From Zygophlyctis sp. KS116 (Eukaryota; Fungi; Chytridiomycota), in NCBI GenBank assembly GCA_054661495.1, contig BAAFSQ010000164.1, positions 1-22,364 of the forward strand: a stretch of 22,364 bases of DNA, given 5' to 3'. The notes under the pieces are model-generated. The model searched no databases, was not told where the DNA came from, and saw only the letters and a program-made list of their open reading frames with translations. This document shows, piece by piece, positions 19,106 to 22,364 of the stretch. Each line of letters begins with the position of its first letter. The first letter of the stretch is position 1. The translations under genes and the position numbers were made by a program.

Positions 19106-20418
19106 ATGAATAGAAATCTTTCTAGTCTTCCTTTTGAAATACAAACAATGATTCTTCAATTCCATATCGGCATAGAGGATTTCAAAGTTGTCCTGAAATG
19201 GATGCAATTGAATTCATTCTTTAGAAACTTTGTTGTTGGAAACTCTAGTCTGATTTCTAAAGTTGATCTTATCAATGATTGTTTGAGTGATTCTAAACTG
19301 TACAAATTTCTAAATGTTTTCCAGGGGCATGCAATCCAAGAAATGAATTTAAGTGGAAATTGTGAACTTTCCTTTGAATCGGTTTTAATCATTCTCGGCA
19401 AATGTCGCAATTTAAAAAAACTAGATTTACAAGATTGTTGCAGGATTGATATTTTTGAATTATCTTTGAATATTAAGTATATTCAACAGGAAAATTGTCT
19501 AGAAATTTCACAGTTGAAATTATTGCATTCAGGACTTGGAGACTCTTACTTTTGTAGAGTGGCACTAGAAAGATTACAAGTTTCTCAAAGAAAAAAAATA
19601 TTAGAGGCTTCTTCAAGAATAGAAAATCACCTGAAATTTCTGTCTAAAAAGAAATTTGAACTAGAACCGTAAGTTTATCTTCTTTAAACCTCTAATTCTT
19701 TCAGGTGTCTGAAACCCCTACGGCCACAGTCTGCTTAGGGTCTGGACATCTGAAATCTGAAAGAGATCTAATAGATTTTTTCTCGTCGCACAAATTACTA
19801 ACTAAAAGTGGGCCATGTTTAAACTGTAATGATCAGTTATCAATAGAATTCATTCCAAAATGTAGAAAATGTTTTAAAAAATGTAAAAGAGTTTGTGGCT
19901 ACTGCCAACCACAAACTTTTAGAATTTGTGCAGAATGTCTCTATACGGTTTGTGTAGACTGTGATGGAGGATACAAGTACTATGGTAAAGATGATAAACA
20001 AATCCAATCTCAAGATCAAAAATTAGTGAAATATGGAACAAATAGCTTTATCTTTCCAAAATGTTCTCTCTCAATCTGTTATGAACACAATGGAAGATTA
20101 GAATTTCTAAGATCAATGACTGTTTGTAGAAATTCTTGTCTAGATTTCAATCGTAATCAATGTTACAATTGTGGATATTGGGTCTGTCCGAGAACAAGAG
20201 AATGTCATTATGAAATAGGAGTCTTGAAAAGTATAAACAGACTCGTAAAATATTGTTCTAAATGTGATTATGGATTTTGTGGAGTTTGTACAGACAATTC
20301 ATTAAAATCATGTGGTGAATGCAAAACTAAATGTTTTTATTGTATTGAAATGGGTATAGACTGTTTATTTTGCAAACAAAGCATTTGTCTTGAATGTAAA
20401 GAAATTCACAATTGCTAA
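19106..20418 (+). CDS. F-box/Cys-containing-LRR protein followed by a long CxxC-rich zinc-binding region (junction unresolved)
   Basis: F-box LSSLPFEIQTMIL, LRRs IQEMNLSGNC and LKKLDLQDC, and a downstream ORF 19705-20418 with many CxxC pairs and no upstream ATG. The obvious intron 19669-19704 (36 nt) does not connect the two frames. Confidence 0.65.
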
Positions 20419-20471
20419 CTTGAAATTTAGCGATAATATTGCATTTATACATTTGTGAAAAAAGTTGCAAA

Positions 20472-21351
20472 TCAAGATATTTTACATTGTGAGACTTGTT
20501 TGAGACTTTTGATAGGAACCGTACTTGGTAGTAAAATAAGCCACCACGGATATTCAGGAGAAATACTAAAAAAATCGACAATATTATCTCTCCATCCAAA
20601 ATCATACTAGAAATTGAGTAAAAATTAAAATACAGGATTTACAAAATCAGCTTCTAATACTGCTTTTGCAACTTGATTTCCATAAAATTCTATTGTAGTT
20701 TGTCCTGTAATAATTAACCAAGATTGCCAACCACAAAGAGTTAAAAGTGCACTTCCAGCTAATAAAGCTACTAAAAAAGAAAACAAAAACAGTCCCCTTG
20801 CTTTTGGAAATGGCCATAACATTGATGAAGTCCCTAAAGACCAAAATTCCCTATAAAATATAGGAAAACCATCAATACTAATCATTATACAAGCAATAGT
20901 TAAATAGACTATAAAGAGATAAAAGAATCGATGGTTAGCTTTCCCAACACTATAATGAATACTTGAAAAATTACCAATTATTAATCCAAGGACAATGATG
21001 ATCCATTTTATCAATGCAAGAATTACATACAGAGCAATGATGAACTCTAAAACCCTTTTTCTCTGCACAAACTGCACAAGTTGGCAAATCTAAATCATCG
21101 GCAAGCGAATGACTGTATTTCACATTTATAGTACATGATTGGTAGAAATTAAACAAAATTAAAAGAAAAATGTGCGATGATAAACTGATTCTGACGGCCC
21201 AAAACAATGAAAATGGTTTTTGAAATAAAACGACGAATAGATACACCCAACCGATAATGATTATTAGCAGCGGTGCCATCAATGCAAGCACAGGCCCCAA
21301 ACTACGAGCTATAATGTCTAAAACTGAAGCAAATCGTCGCAGAGAAATCAT
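20472..21351 (-). CDS. DHHC palmitoyltransferase, 3 exons
   Basis: ATG 21351; introns 20950-20974 (25 nt) and 20607-20633 (27 nt). Splicing restores [42 protein letters not shown] and [10 protein letters not shown]. Confidence 0.93.
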
Positions 21352-21414
21352 CCGCCTAAATCTAAATCTGAATTTGCTGATCAGCACATACTGACTCAAT
21401 GCTAATGTATATTA

Positions 21415-21442
21415 GATCTAATCATGGATCTAATCATGGATC
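21415..21442. repeat. 12-nt direct tandem duplication GATCTAATCATG x2.3
   Basis: Exact copies at 21415-21426 and 21427-21438, followed by GATC. Confidence 0.85.
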
Positions 21443-21467
21443 AAATAGTAGATGCATCGTTTTTATT

Positions 21468-21902
21468 TCATTTAGGGATAGCTAAGCTAGAAATATGACT
21501 CTTGATAAGTCCCAATAGATGAGAAGTAACAGTAACAAAAGTTCTTCCATTAAAGGATGGGAGTTGAGTTCCGATCAATTGTTGGGTTGCTAATTCACAA
21601 GTAATTGTAGGGACATGATCAACTGTTAAATAAGAAGATCCTCCGCATTGATAAAGAAAAGCCTTCCAGTCATTGTTTACAAATTGTAAGAAATTCTGTA
21701 AAGCAATTCGGCAGTTTTCAGGATTTTCAGCACATACTTTCTCAAGATTGTTTACACTTTCATAATATGGATGACCATTGATGTTTGCAATAGTCTGTGA
21801 AGTTTCAGCCTGTAAAGTTTCTAAACTAGAAAATACTGCTACACTATTGACTCCAGTCATCAATGCAATAAAGAACAAGATCATCTTAATATTGGCCATC
21901 AT
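21468..21902 (-). CDS. Small putatively secreted protein of unknown function
   Basis: Intronless ORF from ATG 21902; hydrophobic leader KMILFFIALMTGVNS; four cysteines in the mature part. Confidence 0.65.
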   Translation of the reverse strand: MMANIKMILFFIALMTGVNSVAVFSSLETLQAETSQTIANINGHPYYESVNNLEKVCAENPENCRIALQNFLQFVNNDWKAFLYQCGGSSYLTVDHVPTITCELATQQLIGTQLPSFNGRTFVTVTSHLLGLIKSHISSLAIPK

Positions 21903-22144
21903 TTTTAAATTTTTAGTAAACAATTGTAAACAATGGGATTTATTTGTGTAGGATTACATAATGATTTTTGAGTCTGATTGAATGATCTAAATAGTATATA
22001 ATCTTAAATGTGAAAATCATTGTTAAACCAATACAGTTCGATTTGTCCGACTGCAGATTGTAGTACTGATAAAATTAAGATCAAAGATAATCTGCATCAG
22101 TTTAAAACAATATTTATCGTAAAAAAGTCAATAAATCAACAGGT

Positions 22145-22364
22145 TTATTGTATCACTGGCAGTTCTAATACATATTGCTTCAATTTACTGATTTCGGCCA
22201 CATCATTCGTACCAGTTTTCGGTTTGAAACGCTGCTTCTTAAAGGCTGCAAACCGATGTGGAGGAACGACAAAGTAAAGTTTCGGTTACTTTTCATTTTC
22301 TTTGGCACTGGAATAGAATAATCCTTGTGAAATACAAAACGAGCAACACCTCCACAGACCTGGT
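22145..22364 (-). pseudogene. Crinkler (CRN)/RHS-like NTPase-nuclease effector, internally deleted 3' fragment
   Basis: Not in the ORF track. QVCGGVARFVF (GG[IV]xR[YF]V motif), then a frame change into PKLYFVVPPHRFAAFKKQRF..LKQYVLELPVIQ* (stop 22145-22147), a typical CRN/RHS C-terminus. Confidence 0.7.

Noticed and set aside
20396-20430. Possible 35-nt intron with GCTAAC extending the Cys-rich ORF to 20492, overlapping the DHHC gene end
   Set aside because: The unspliced end CLECKEIHNC completes a CxxC/H/C pattern; undecidable without RNA data.
1003-21351. Alternative genetic code, stop readthrough or programmed frameshifting to explain the broken ORFs
   Set aside because: Canonical mini-introns restore every conserved gene in the standard code; only the F-box junction remains unresolved.
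1618-22277. Track ORFs 1618-1875, 4189-4374, 10619-10801, 11230-11421, 13872-14240, 15852-16100, 16522-16764, 18138-18377, 19156-19410, 20327-20605, 20647-20844, 22020-22277
   Set aside because: Antisense or off-frame shadows of better-supported genes, mostly with non-ATG starts and no motifs.

Overview
AT-rich, very compact eukaryotic DNA, most likely a zoosporic (chytrid-type) fungus. This is inferred from a fungal-type RPL3 and tuberin, the flagellar genes DNAAF11/LRRC6 and a tubulin deglutamylase, and a Crinkler/RHS relic. The ORF track is fragmented because genes are split by tiny GT-AG introns: I resolved 31 by hand, all 24-36 nt and all starting GTA. Two densely packed core blocks are present: RPL3-TMEM115-TSC2-NFU1, and PPP4R2-COX11-CCP-LRR-DNAAF11-F-box-DHHC. 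They have spacers as short as 28-35 nt, and two convergent gene pairs share stop-codon bases. Accessory DNA alternates with them: an ankyrin gene, a decayed KDZ-like transposase, a secreted LRR gene, a small secreted orphan and an internally deleted Crinkler pseudogene. The standout is the secreted LRR gene at 10585-12162 (-), whose LRR cassettes are missing from the ORF track. It is built from tandem ~100-nt cassettes (72-nt exon = one 24-aa LRR, plus a near-identical 28-29-nt intron). All 8 introns are phase 2, and each cassette intron sits inside the hypervariable ligand-contact beta-strand, suggesting a modular, shuffleable recognition protein. The heptamer TGTCCGA also appears strongly over-represented. 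All calls come from reading the sequence; no database searches were run.
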